A stretch of DNA of 63,484 nt, filler included, from Rhabdomonas costata (lineage: Eukaryota): the NCBI GenBank assembly GCA_019059605.1. It is 48 parts of 48 records of this genome, joined end to end, with 100 filler letters (N's around TTAATTAATTAA, not from the genome) between each part and the next. Parts side by side here need not be neighbours in the genome. Positions count along the whole stretch, not along the records: positions 62,260 to 63,484 come from JAHMHO010022935.1; 47 more parts are not named here. One strand, written 5' to 3'. The first letter of the stretch is position 1. Each line of letters starts with the position of its first letter. A program made the translations under genes and the position numbers. Positions 63,337-63,484 of the stretch are shown here, piece after piece. Under the pieces are notes generated by a model. It made no database searches. It had not been told where the DNA came from and saw only the letters and a program-made list of their open reading frames with translations.

Positions 63337-63484
63337 CTGGAGGGGAGAGGGGGGCAAAGGTGCAACCCGCACTGTTCGGTTCTGGAATACTAAAAACCTC
63401 ACGTTTTGTTGCAGGGTGGGACTTGGCTGGACCCTGCAGACCCCCCCCCCTCCTCCTCCAACCCCTCAAGCAGGATTCACACTG

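Noticed and set aside
8-63469. Most six-frame ORFs as genes
   Set aside because: They are antisense, off-frame or intron read-through; real coding is in short spliced exons

Overview
This is not contiguous genome. It is 48 unrelated contigs of about 1.22 kb joined by 47 artificial N-TTAATTAATTAA-N linkers. Many contigs have G/T-only starts, A/C-only ends and terminal fold-backs, which point to whole-genome amplification of single or few cells. Forty-six contigs look like an intron-rich flagellated protist with GC3-rich exons, probably a euglenozoan/euglenid (inference). Recognisable exons include a receptor adenylate cyclase, YME1/FtsH, kinesin, dynein heavy chain, YLPM1, calcyphosin, Sel1, CFAP74-like, HDHD3-like, TBC-TLDc, CCDC40, RRM, MAPKK-like, CCT-zeta, TM9SF, PDE, an ADP-ribosyltransferase and ALDH22-like. 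Two contigs (27817-30366) are very AT-rich and intronless and look like Mimiviridae giant-virus DNA (ankyrin protein, M1 aminopeptidase). The main leads are: (1) a possible giant virus-host link; (2) an unusually permissive splicing repertoire, with a GA-AG intron, GC-AG introns cutting catalytic motifs and a stem-loop intron matching euglenid non-conventional geometry; (3) intronised bacterial-type nucleotide enzymes; (4) two intronic repeat families, one MITE-like. All homology calls come from motif recall, not database searches. Most ORFs in the supplied track are spurious.
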